A stretch of DNA of 42,843 bases, taken from the NCBI GenBank assembly GCA_040143965.1, contig JASJQH010000033.1, positions 1-42,843 of the forward strand. The letters are read 5' to 3'. Numbering within the stretch: the stretch's first letter is position 1; every line of letters starts with the position of its first letter. The notes under the pieces are model-generated. The model was not told where the DNA came from. It was given only the letters and a program-made list of their open reading frames with translations, and made no database searches. This DNA is from Basidiobolus ranarum. Lineage: Eukaryota. Of the stretch, positions 25,809 through 37,664 are shown one piece after another. The position numbers and the translations under genes are program-made.

Positions 25809-27146
25809 ATGGAAAGTCACACGGTTAATACCACTACACCAACTTATCCACCACCCATACCACCTATCTCACTCGCTTCCCTCATAGAGCCTGACCCAAC
25901 GACTGAACAACTATTGGCAACCCTTTCTGGAGAACAACTACTTAGGATTGAGAAAACTGTACAAAGAATTAAACGTAAGAAAGCAAGTGAAGTTAAAAGA
26001 CGTGAAACTAGTGTAACCAAACAACATATCAACGGTAATCTAAGCACTTCTCCAGTTATTGATACCCTTTTATCCCACGATGGTTCAAATCTGACCTCAA
26101 GTGCGAATATCGCCGCATCAGTAAGCTCTAATGAACAAGTCTCTCCTGGTGGTTCTTCTCATAATCCCTGTGTACTCACAAACCCAGCACCTAATCACGC
26201 GCTTCCTGCCACTTCTCCAGTTACCGAAATGAGATCAGGTGTGGAGTGGGTTATGTTTACATATTCGGTGAAAGGTACCAACAAAGAGTATCAGATTCGT
26301 ACCGATATGGACAGTATCGCACTGGAAGATATTGAAAGCCAATTCAAACACGATAATTGTCTCTACCCCAGAGCATTCTGCCCAGAAGAGAAATATCAAG
26401 GAAATAGATGGGCTTACGAAACAGAATGTAATATGTTAGGTTGGAAATTGGCATATCTGAATCCAGATGTTATTTGTGGTAAACGTGGTCTACTACAACG
26501 TGCAGTTGATTCTTATCGTAATCGATATCCTGAATTACGTTCTAGACGTGTGGTTAGACAAGAGAAGTTGATGAATGGTACGTTACGAAAGAGATCCGCA
26601 AGAGATAGCGAAGAATTACCTGATCCAAAACGAAATCGTGGACCTAAGAACCTTACTCTGGATGTTGTCACCAAGGGAATTCCGATGAAAGTAAGAATTC
26701 GGGTAGATATTGAAGAGGTGAATCTAAGTCAAATCGATGAACTTTTTAAGAAAGAAAATTGCGTTTATCCAAGAGCATTCGTAAAGCAAGAAGAATATGC
26801 AGGAAATAGATGGGAATACGAATCGACTTGTAATCAGTTAGCCTGGAAGTTAGCTTGGTTGAATCCTGTACGCTTGGCTGGCCGTAAATCCTTACTTCAA
26901 AGAGCTGTAGACAGCTACCGATCGAAATTCACGGACTTTAAACCAAGAAGAGGAAAGGCCTCATTATTCCACAAACTTGCTCCTCAAGAAGAACACTCCA
27001 CCGCAAATAATACTCCCAATTTGGCCGAGTTACTTCTGCATCAAGGAGCCGAAGGGCTGGTCTCGGTTGGTGTAGATGATAACGAGTATAAGGCTGCTGG
27101 TCTTACGACAGCAGAGCTAATCGGTGCCTTGACAGGGGAGACATAA
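25809..27146 (+). CDS. Uncharacterised protein (445 aa) with two tandem copies of a conserved fungal domain
   Basis: Intronless ORF, first ATG at 25809; internal duplication of NCxYPRA...YxGNRWxYExxCNxLxWKLAxLNP...LLQRAVDSYR. Confidence 0.88.
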   Translation: MESHTVNTTTPTYPPPIPPISLASLIEPDPTTEQLLATLSGEQLLRIEKTVQRIKRKKASEVKRRETSVTKQHINGNLSTSPVIDTLLSHDGSNLTSSANIAASVSSNEQVSPGGSSHNPCVLTNPAPNHALPATSPVTEMRSGVEWVMFTYSVKGTNKEYQIRTDMDSIALEDIESQFKHDNCLYPRAFCPEEKYQGNRWAYETECNMLGWKLAYLNPDVICGKRGLLQRAVDSYRNRYPELRSRRVVRQEKLMNGTLRKRSARDSEELPDPKRNRGPKNLTLDVVTKGIPMKVRIRVDIEEVNLSQIDELFKKENCVYPRAFVKQEEYAGNRWEYESTCNQLAWKLAWLNPVRLAGRKSLLQRAVDSYRSKFTDFKPRRGKASLFHKLAPQEEHSTANNTPNLAELLLHQGAEGLVSVGVDDNEYKAAGLTTAELIGALTGET

Positions 27147-27641
27147 GACGTTTGTTTCATCCAGCACTGGTACATGCCATTCTTATTTAATCCTGTCCCA
27201 TCCCTCTCATCAATTCCTGTAACTATCTACAAACCTTAAAAATTGTATTTTTCTACGATCATCGAATTTAGTGTTCGAAATCCTCATCATATCACTAATT
27301 TGATATCCCAACCACCTTTAATTTTCTGCATGCGTAAATTTTGAGAACGTCTATTTTGAATGCTTATAAGCATTGATTAAGTTGATATTAGTAAACATTC
27401 ACTATTATTTAGAACTTATTGTAGATATTTGATATTGGTGACTATCACATAACCACTTATAAATAAATCCAAGTTACTGTGAAAAGAATGAGGTTGATGA
27501 GGTGATTTATTGGAAAAGAAAAGTTCTCTAAGTCTTGAATTTTCCCCGGTTCTCTGAAGGATGAACAGGTAGATGAACATGAAAGAAGGATGAGATGTAA
27601 AAGTATAAATGGGGTGATTTGAATGAATTCCTTTTTATCGT

Positions 27642-28644
27642 TTAAACACGAGTAGAACGGAATAAACGATTATAAACTTTGTCCCAATCGACTGATTTCC
27701 AGAATGCTTTGATGTATTCCTCTTTACCATCAGGTCCAAAGTCTGTAACATAGGCGTGCTCCCACATGTTCAAGGTGAGAAGTGGTGCGAATGATCCATT
27801 GTATTTCTTAAGAGGGACTTTATCAGCTTCCGAGATATGCTCAATATAGTTGGAATCTAATTGACGAAGGGTATCACTAACTACTGGGTTACCAGCATTG
27901 AAAGTGTTAACAATTCTCAATAAACCACGCTCGTCTTCAACCAACCTGAAAGAGGGGGAATCCAGTATATGGTTAGCAAAATTCAAGGAATACAACTTTC
28001 AATTTAATCAATTTCATGTTCTTACCAAGTCCAACCACTTCCAAAGAGAGTAGAAGCGTAGTTGGTAAAGTGTTCTTGGAATGCTTCAAAAGAACCAAAA
28101 TCCCGGGCAATTCTAGACTTGAGTTCCTCTTTGATAGGTCTAGGCTCAGGTGACTATTAACCATCGATTAGCACTCAGCTGTATAGCAAATTGAAAAATA
28201 CATCAACTAAACGTACCAGGGTTTGAAGGAAGAAATCGTTGTTCCAAGCCTGAGCGGCGTGATTGAATATAGCAGCTTTATCAGATTTCTTGTAACTCGC
28301 GTGCATGATATCGAAAAGATCTTGGTTTTCATGTTCAGTTTCTATGAGAAAGTATTTAGTTTCCAGGTATATATTTCTTACTTTAGCATTTTTGGTCATA
28401 GTGAAAACCCAATTTAAACATAAATTTCAGACCTACCAACAGTAAGCTCATTCAAGCGGTCGATGAGTTGTTGTTGGTTCTTGTTATAAACGAGGTTAAG
28501 AGCCTCAGGGGAGAATATAGGCTTAAGTCCTCTCTCACTTGAATAAGCAAGGGGAATGACCTCATGTATGGCTGCCTTTTGTTGAAGGAACAAAGGCTTT
28601 ACAACGCGAGCAGTCAAAGGACGTAGTGAACGAATGCTAAACAT
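27642..28644 (-). CDS. Fe/Mn-SOD-fold protein lacking metal ligands; likely mitochondrial small-subunit ribosomal protein (Rsm26/Mrp1, mS42/mS43 type), 4 exons
   Basis: Arg-rich presequence MFSIRSLRPLTARVVK; SOD fold motifs (IFNHAAQAWN, DFGSFEAF, FGSGWTWLV, WEHAY, FWKSVDW), but three of four ligands are replaced. Confidence 0.82.
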
Positions 28645-29085
28645 GTTGAGAAATCTTCAGACTGTATCCACAGAGGCGAAAAATGACAACTTAAGTTTAA
28701 ATAGATAGAAAAGTTCCCCCACACTTGGAAACTAAAAATTTTTGACCAAAATTAATGTTTGTTAACGTTCCGAAGTATTCTGGTTAATTATATTTTATAT
28801 TATGGTGAATTGGATGATAAATATCTGTATCAGTAATCTACGATTGTTTTTATAGGTTTATAGAATTCATATCGAGTGCATAATGATTTATTGATGACCG
28901 AATAGTGGTTTAAAGAAAACCGAAATAGTTAGCCTAATGTTTAGAAATAAAACTAGAATCAGGTTGAATATCAAAAATGAAAATGTTGGTTCAGAAACCA
29001 ACGCAATGGAATGAGAAGTAATATATACAGCGGGATTATTATGATATAGGTGTACAAAGTTAAACAAAGATGAAATGGATTTGGT

Positions 29086-29352
29086 TTAAGCATCTAGAGA
29101 GTACTTTTGTACAAAATAGCTACATCTTCTGGCAAGAGCGCGGTGGTAGTTAGCTTCTGCGGAAGTGATAGGACGTCCACGAAAGTTAACTTCTTCAGGT
29201 TCGGTTTGAAAGAAAGGGAACTCATCCAAAAGATCATCGAACTCTGATTCATTGGTAAGATGAGGTTCTGGTAAATTCGAATTTGAATACATCTGTTCGA
29301 ATCCCGGAGGAATACGAGAAATGCTATGGTAAGTGGCAGTTGGATAGTTCAT
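29086..29352 (-). CDS. Small orphan protein (88 aa)
   Basis: Intronless ORF with protein-like composition; TATAAATA 57 bp upstream (29409-29416, minus strand); no family recognised. Confidence 0.55.
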   Translation of the reverse strand: MNYPTATYHSISRIPPGFEQMYSNSNLPEPHLTNESEFDDLLDEFPFFQTEPEEVNFRGRPITSAEANYHRALARRCSYFVQKYSLDA

Positions 29353-30250
29353 ACCTTTGCTTTTGTCACAGTGGTGGGTGAATGAATGACAGCAAGTCTA
29401 GTCGCTGCTATTTATACTTGAAATTGAATACATCACACTGAATTTGGCCTAGTACTAATTAAGGAAACCATTGCGGTATTAATAATGTAAGCGGGCCGGG
29501 ATTTGAAATCCTCGATGAGTAAAGACAATGGCGTCATCTCTATTTGTCAACCACTGATCTCTCTTGGGTGATGCGCTGGGTGATGCTCTATCGCATATTT
29601 CTAGTGAAACACTGCAGACCACTGACTATGATTTATTCGTAGAGTCTTAGCTGATGCTCTTTGGCATAAGTCTTGAAGAGAAACTAGAATTCTTTTGACA
29701 TCTTGGCGTAAATCTCTGCCGTCTGAGCTTCCAAGCATCTTTTATTGATTGTTGGTGGAGTGGTTTACGCACTTCATCCTTAACAAGCTAGATTCACCTT
29801 GGTCCAAGTAATTCTCCGTGGACATAATACATCCGTAGCCGGTAGTTTTGTTCCGTTTGAGACACGTGGATTTCCTCCATACAAGTTAAGCCCAATGCTT
29901 GGTGAGATTGAGTTAGTCATAAGTTAAGCCTCATCCAGTGTCAATTCATACGCATAATTAGCCATATAGCCTTCATATGCATACTTAGCCATTTGGCTCG
30001 ACCGTTGGGATGTATTTTGCTATTATCATCAAAGTGTATATATGAAGGTTACATCATAATGAATATCAAGGTAGACAACAAGCATTGAGGTCATTATTAT
30101 CGAGATGTTAAGTGCCAGTTAAGTCACCAGTAGTTCGTGGGGAACTAAGAGGGGTGAGTAAGACTAAGAAGGGTGGGTATTGAATGAGATAATCATCTTC
30201 AGATTCAAGCTCAGCTGTGCACGTATTGTCTTGGTCATATCTGTGGCACG

Positions 30251-30270
30251 AGCAGGGGCAGGGGCAGGGG
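30251..30270. promoter_or_regulatory. Three tandem AGGGG (STRE-like) elements
   Basis: AGCAGGGGCAGGGGCAGGGG; a fourth AGGGG at 30150-30154. AGGGG/CCCCT is the Msn2/4 site in yeasts; function here is inferred. Confidence 0.35.
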
Positions 30271-30690
30271 ATTAATGAAGTTCACTATTTAATTAATAAG
30301 TGCATTGGTCAACCCTATTGGCCAGTCAAGTGATGGTGAGATGTTCCTAGAACCACCTTTCTTGTTAGTCGTGTTGAGACAGATACAATCAAACCAGCCA
30401 TATATGAAAATGCGATTAAAATCAGAAAGCATAAATAGAGAGCATTTTACGAATCAACAACAGAACTTTCTTCGTTCGAAGAAATCCGAAAGGTGTTCAA
30501 ACCAAAGAAACAAAAAACCAGAAACTTTGTAAGAATAATAAATGTGGCAACATGAAATGAGAAAAATTCATGAGCAAGTGGGCTGGGGGTATGGCTAAGT
30601 TTTTACAAGGATATAATTAAGTTATGTAATATGTAATATTTGGCTACATAAAAGTCACTTTGCCTGTGGAAAGCAAACACAAAAAGTTCA

Positions 30691-32656
30691 TTAAAACCTC
30701 AGAATCATATTGAAGCTACTGGTTCCGTCATTCGCAAAATCACAATCCAACTCCATGTCTTGTTCATCTTCAAGTTGAGAAATAACTGAATCATCAATTC
30801 GAACTTGGAATCCTTTTTTGGTGATTCGAATAATATTAGCTACATCCTGAGGCGGAATGTTCAGCTTCTCAGCAAACTTTTGAACCATGTCCTGAACTGT
30901 GAGCTTCTCCAAATAAACTGCTCGGTAAACATTCTCTCCTGTCAATCGTATGAATAATGATAACACTTGGTGGTGGTTAGCAGTAATTCTTTGCCTACTC
31001 CGAGATATTAAGGCCTACCTGCTCTTTTTTTCCGGGTGGGAACATAGGTTGGATCTAATTCAAGGAGATCTAGGTCGTGTCCCAACGATTCTAATCTTCT
31101 TTTTTTAGTTGCTGCTAATACTGCTGGGTCAAGTTCAGCACTTTCTGCATCAATGTTGTCTAGATCAATATTGTTAGGGTCTTCTTCATTGTCCGAGAGA
31201 TCACTGTTAGACCATTCAGTGAAGGACGTCACAGGGTTGGCCTGGGCAAACATCATCAACAAAGGGTTTGAGTCTTGCTGCTTGCCTGGAAATACGGAAG
31301 TTAGTTTAGCATACAAAAAGATTCACTCAAATTACCTACATACCTCGCATCTTTTCCCAAATCTTTTCTAGGTGGCGTTGATCGTCTTTATTCTTTCTCT
31401 CAGCGCCCTAAACCCATGGACATATTAGTTCGTACTAACTGAAGCGATTTACGATTTATGTTACCTTGTCTCTAAAAAGTTTAATCTTTGCAAAGCATTT
31501 TTCACCAACTGAGGGATCCATTTCGGAGCAGGTTTCCATACGAACTCTCAATGGAATCCCCTTTACTCCTTTGATTCGCGAGAAATCAGTGGACAAGCAG
31601 TTGAACTTTATGTAAATTTTAGCACCCTTTCTTCCGTTCCACTGGAATGTAATTCGATCCAACGATTTCAACTCAACATTTTTTATACCGGTTGATGCTG
31701 CTTTGTCTATGGTAATAGATGAAAGAGAACATCTGATTAATATTTTTCTAAAGAGATTCTTGAAAACCTTAAGTAGTTACCGATATCTATAGCACGCGCT
31801 GTTTTTGGATTTGTTTGTTGGGAAAGCCAGAATTGCCAATAAGTATTGGCCAGCTTTCGATGGGCATCATCGTGAAACATTACTCTCAGAGTGCTGGTCA
31901 GCTCTACATCATCTCTTTCATGATCATTGGAAGAAATAGCATAGTACTGGCCTAGAAAGGTCGTTTTGAACCATTAAAGAATCAGTAAAAGCAGGACAAA
32001 CCGGACAGTTTGGGAGAATTGAAGGTACCTTTGTTGAGATAAGTGAGAGGGTTTTCGTCCAAACGCTGCGCAGCAGCAGTTTGAGCATCCAAAACTACTT
32101 CAAATCGTAAATTTCTACATATAGATAAAAAAGAGAAAATGCGATTAGAGTCGAGATTTTGATATGTATGTAAGCATAATTTGACTTACGAGTTAGGATT
32201 AGAGGGAAGATTTCCGCTTGCAGGTGGAGTAACTGAAACGCCTGCGTTAAGACTAAAATGGGAATCATGGTTTTGCTGGGAATTTTCCAGTTGTGCTTGA
32301 TGCTGATAGTGATGGGCCTGCATCTGATGAGGTACCGGCATTTCATTGTGGTGAGTATGCGTAGTGTGATGTGAATTAAACTGGGGCATTTGCTGGCCGT
32401 GAGGAAGAAAGTGACTAGAAGTGACACTGGGTAACTGGTGATGATTCATGATATTTTGGTGTGCCAACAGCTGGTGAGAGTGACTCTCAGGAAATAAGGG
32501 CTCTTGTTTAAATTGGGGCAAGGGTTGCCTAAATTATTTGAGCAAACTAGTAAGCCTAAGTACAAACTTCTATGATTCTTGAAAGCAAACTTACCGCGAG
32601 TCAATCCCTTGAAACTGCTGAGGGTGAAAGCCTCCATAAGGAGCCGAGGGTTGCAT
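30691..32656 (-). CDS. CP2/Grainyhead-family transcription factor, 8 exons
   Basis: Q/H-rich N-terminus (MQPSAPYGG... from ATG 32656), LTYLNKGQYY, YWQFW, FNCLSTDFSRIKGVKGIPLR, KIKLFRDKGAERK, and C-terminal ubiquitin-like dimerisation region (YRAVYL...KKG..VRIDD). Confidence 0.9.
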
Positions 32657-32944
32657 GTCAGAAGAAAATACTGCAACAGCTGAGGTAAAGAGAGGTAAGT
32701 CTGCAATGCTATTGAACAGGTGTCTAGGATCGTTCAAACTTTACCTATTAATGAGGTAACTACTGGTCGAGCCCCGAATGGGAGCGTCTAAGTTTAAACT
32801 TTATAATAGACGAAAAGAAGGTGCAAGAAAGGGGTATAGACGACGTTCCTATGGGTGGGCTACTTAGCGTTTGCAATTAAAATAATAAGCCCAAAAAAAC
32901 CGAAAAATAGGATCAATGCTAACACAGGAACTAGAAAGAAGAGA

Positions 32945-32962
32945 AGAGAGAGAGAGAGAGAG
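32945..32962. repeat. (AG)9 microsatellite (CT tract on the CP2 gene strand)
   Basis: Directly visible dinucleotide repeat ~290 bp upstream of the CP2/Grainyhead ATG. Confidence 0.85.
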
Positions 32963-34988
32963 AACTATAGAAGGGTTGTAAGCCACTTGGATATGATAGA
33001 AATGTCAGGTTCTGAAGAGTATCTAAGAAATGAATCGCAAATCGAACAAATATGATGCGATAGGGTGAATAACTAACACCAGATCCCATCAAGTAGACCC
33101 AACCTAACCTGTGTTAACTGATCCAAGATTAAGAGTTCTTTATTCTGTAGGATGAGGTCTAAACTAGAAAACCAATTGATTTCGAGTTCAGCTCAACATT
33201 CAGTCACAAAGAATTTGTGCTATTCCTCAGAGGCATTGCTTCCAATTAAATACCTCTAACATGGTAACACCAATTAATGAATGGACTCCACCCTTATGTT
33301 AGTCTAACAAGGACATCCCCATTCCTTATGTAGAATACTCGCGTTTTCTTAACCTCACCTCGCGATATTGAAAAAAAGACATCCTCATTGCAACACGAAC
33401 TACAATGAGAGAGGTCCAAAAAGGCAAGTATTACTCCCAATTATTCATTCTTTGGATACTTCAAGCATCAGCCATTGGCATCCCCATCCTCAACCTTTTG
33501 CTAGAGGTGTGGAAACACGGCAAACAAATCAATTAAGACCAGATCTCCATACAACTTACCAATTGGGTTAAATGTCATGGATAAGTATCACTTCGGTATC
33601 ACTCATATGACCTAGTCCCACCCCTATCGGTTCGGATTTCTCTAGCGCGAGATGCAGTATCATCATAGCAGATAGCCAGAGACAACCCTAACCCACTGTT
33701 GCTATAGCAGTCCTTAGAGTGTGCTGATCTTAACCCAACTCGTACTATAATCCACACTCGCATAATTGAGCCGAAAAAGACCAAATGACTCTTATATTGG
33801 CGAAACAGGTCTATCTCTACTGGTCATGGGATTCCCTCGACAGACTGAGGTGTTGGCCATATAATGAACTGCGCATATATGAACCGAATCTAACCCGTTT
33901 ATCCGCAGCCAGCAGCGGAGATGTGATCGAGATATTTCACATTGTAGATGATTCTTGTAACTTTAAAAAGCTTAATCTCAGATTAAATTTAGCAGCATTC
34001 ATACAAGGATCAAATCATATAAATACAGTTTTAGACACTCTTGCCATGTTTACCAATCCTCTTCACCCACCCTTGACATACAACGCGTTGATACAATTCA
34101 TACGTGCAATCCATACGTGCAGATCTAAGATGAATTAATGCACCAAAACCTTAAAATCGATCGCCAAATTCCCCAACGATAAAGTGGGTAACAACGGTTA
34201 CCATATTTCCGATTGAAAACTCGGGCGAACTTTCTGATTCTTCGGTTCCGTTGAGTAATCAGACGTGGAATATTATTACAGGCTATCCAAACCCTTTATC
34301 TTTGGATCATTAGGTTACTTTATATGCTGACTACCAATGAGAAAGATGTGGATGAGAAGGTATTCATGATGGAGCTTATTCCCAGTTCATTACCAGTTAT
34401 CTTTACCTATAATTTGGTGCAGTGAAATACCCAGGATAGATGAGATGGCAATTCCTGGTTGTTCCTAAAGCGACTCATGATTATCACTGTCAGACCAATC
34501 TACCCATATTCAAATTCCATCTTTCCTTTTTGTTTAGCGAACGTTTCTCTGCCAATAGCGGAGCACTTGAATGTGTTTAACTTGTACTTACGTTGTAATA
34601 CCATTTCTTTTGGACTTTACAGAGGTAAATTGATGATCCATCTATTTTTGACTCATTTCAAGTATTAATCGATTGATGTACTATGTGTTGGGATTGGGTA
34701 GTTACTCTCAATGTATTGCATACTAGGGTTAGGTACACACTTATCATAAACGATCCAAAGCAAATTTAATCCAAACCGATTTAATTCTATTCGAGTAACA
34801 TTATAATAGCCGCTAAGCAAATGTATTCAAGATCAAGGTGGGGGTTTTCTTCAGCTATCAGCTGCAATTCATCATCTTGCTATTGAAATGGGGGAAGGAG
34901 TTGGGTTCTTGTGATTATATTATTAAATATGTATTAACTAATTTGGTTATTCTTTACCCCTGGCACTTGATACTTTAACAAGATCCTA

Positions 34989-35594
34989 ATGGCTTCTAAA
35001 GATTACGAAGCCAACGAGGTTGATGAGGGTGACTTTGAAGTCCCCCTTGGTTTGTGGGGCGGTGGATTTTCTCATTTTGAAATCAACCAAACTCAAAATG
35101 AGACCCAGATTGATATTCAGCCAGCCAAAAATAATCCAAGTAACTCTTATGACAATCACTCCTCAGATGACATTGATTCTATGCTTGCAAGATATTATCC
35201 TGAAGAAGAGGCTGAGATTGATGATGATGATGAGCATGTAGGCTTATGGACATATCCAGTCCCTTCAGATCCAAAGTATTCAAAGGAAATGAAAACTTCA
35301 ACTGAAGAAGCAACTCTTGCTAATCTGGATGAGGAGGAAGCATCTGAAGAAGAGTACGACGAAGAAGCCTTTCCCTTATGGTTTACTCCCAATTTTCAAA
35401 TTTCTAACTCTGATGATAAGACGCACTATAAAGAGATTGTCACTGACGGTGTTCTATCAGGAGGTAAGGTTGATCTTTTCCACTCTTTGCTTATATATTC
35501 TAATACGAGTTTCTTTCTAGAAGATAGAGGAGAAGACGATTTCATCGGGACAAAAAAATATTTCGAGAGAGTCCAGTCTACTTCTCGTAAATAA
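34989..35594 (+). CDS. Highly acidic orphan protein (~182 aa spliced, 201 aa if intron retained)
   Basis: ORF with acidic tracts each ending in an LW motif; 57-nt GT-AG intron 35464-35520 (GTAAGG...CTAAT...TTTCTAG). Confidence 0.65.
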   Translation: MASKDYEANEVDEGDFEVPLGLWGGGFSHFEINQTQNETQIDIQPAKNNPSNSYDNHSSDDIDSMLARYYPEEEAEIDDDDEHVGLWTYPVPSDPKYSKEMKTSTEEATLANLDEEEASEEEYDEEAFPLWFTPNFQISNSDDKTHYKEIVTDGVLSGGKVDLFHSLLIYSNTSFFLEDRGEDDFIGTKKYFERVQSTSRK

Positions 35595-35938
35595 TCCATT
35601 TGTTCTTGCGTCCAAAGAACTCGTTCTTTCACTTTTGTAGAAATTCTTATATTAGAAATTGTAAAAAAAATGGAACCGCAATAAGCACAAGTCGAATACG
35701 ACTGTAAAAATTCATTTAGTAATTTTTGTATGCTTAGATTGTGAGTAACAGGGCTACTGTCAATAGGTTTCGGTAATTGTGAATGCAAGTTACAAAATTT
35801 ATCGGATTTTTGGCACTGATCATAATAAACACATATCATGTAACATTGTAATGGAAACTTTATGCTGTATGCTTGAGATGTAAAAAGTTGAAAATCTGGA
35901 CAAAACCAACCAAAAATGCACATTGTTTGATGAATCGA

Positions 35939-37664
35939 TCATTCTTGACATATGGCAAAAGCATGACTAACACCCAAACTTACGTCTTCAACGCAAACGT
36001 TCTTTGGGAATTCGATTTTCTTGGGAACGAAGAGATGTTCAGTGTTACCAGTGCCAAGTCTACCGTCTAAGGAGTTCAAACCCCAAACAAATAATTCACC
36101 AGAATCTATGGAAGGAAATGTGTTAATATAGACGGTCAAATTCGGCCTTAACTTAACCATGCATACCTGAAATGGCGGTACAGTAGTGAGTAGTAGCAAA
36201 GATCTTTTTGATGACTGGGAGTTGCTCCACTAAAGATGGCTTCAATGTCTCTATATTTCCTTCACCCAAGCCTAAGCCACCGTAACCAGTAACATATACC
36301 TTACCGGCATCTAATGTATAGCAATGTAAGATTTATGATATTGAGTCTATTAAGAATGATGAAAGGTACCTGTTAAATAGAGGGCAAATGAGCCACCGGC
36401 AGCTATGTCGACTACCTGATCATCAACAGAAACTGCCATAGGCTCTAGGACCTATTTGAGGGAAAATATTAATAAGAGCTACGAGGAAGTCTGCAGTCAA
36501 AATGATATACTAACTCTATCAATCTTGCTTCCAAGCATACACTGACCATACTCGGAATTACCCCAGGTAAACATTTTCCCCTGCTCTAAATAAAGGGAGT
36601 CATATTAATTGACATCATAGATTACAAATATAACACTCAAATCTCTAACCATTCAGAGCAATAGTGAAATCAGTGGAAGCGGAGATTTTCTTCAACGATT
36701 CACCATCTAACTTCATAATTCTAGAGGGAGTTGAGTGATCTGAAGTAGATTCTTCGCCTAAACCAAGTTGACCATCTGCACCCCAGCCCATAGAATAAAG
36801 ATGGTTCTGTTCTGTACAAACAAAATATAACATTAGAATCAATGATAAAACGAAATAAATTCCGAATTCTTTACATCTCACCTGTTAATATAACAGTATG
36901 ATCCATTCCACTAACTACTTGCTTGACCTTATCTTGTTTGGATAAAAATTTGGGTACACGTTTAGGTGTACGCAAACAAACCAAGGTACCATCATCATAG
37001 TCATGTTTACTTTTTCCAATTCCTATTTGTCCGTACATACTACTTCCAAAAGAAAATACTTCGCTTTTATCTATGAATGAATTCATGTTAGACATATCTC
37101 CATCATCATCATTATCAAACGATATAACCTACCACCAAAATCTACTGCCACTAAACTATGCTCCCGACCACAAGCCAAAGAATTGATAACTCCCTCACTT
37201 GGAATATTCATCACTAAACCAGAACCCAACATCTTTTTGGTCGAACCAATACCCAATTGACCACTAGTGTTCAAACCAACCGCGGCAATACGGTTTCCCA
37301 GTACATCACTTTCAAATGCGATGAGTGAATGGTGAGTTCCAGAGGCGATTTTCGTCAATTTAGGCTACCAAACGAATGTTATAAATTAGGGAGTTCTTGA
37401 AAAATCTACACATAAGCCACTTACCTCTAAAAATTCTTCACTAAATCCATGAGCACCAAACGCTAATTTACATAAGTCTATCGCTTTGGGAGTTAACACT
37501 GGAAGTGATTCTTCTTCACTTGGATTCTCTTTAATAAATGGAGATAATCCATGACCCCAGCCATAAAGTTTGGTTCCAGTAGCCACGGATGAGGCTGTGG
37601 TGAACTGACGAAGAGCTATCTTCGAAGAATGAGTCAGGGCTTGTCGGGTGGTAACAGACATCAT
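35939..37664 (-). CDS. RCC1-repeat protein, RCC1L/WBSCR16-like, probably mitochondrial, 8 exons
   Basis: Presequence-like MMSVTTRQALTHSSKIALRQFTT; RCC1 repeats (ASGTHHSL, GLNTSGQLG, ACGREHSL, MGWGADGQLG, WGNSEYGQ...KIDR, GRLG.G). Confidence 0.85.

Noticed and set aside
33785..34138. 117-aa ORF upstream of the CP2 gene, and similar 60-90-aa ORFs at 37870-38429
   Set aside because: No recognisable domain or coding-like composition; better explained as promoter or UTR sequence.
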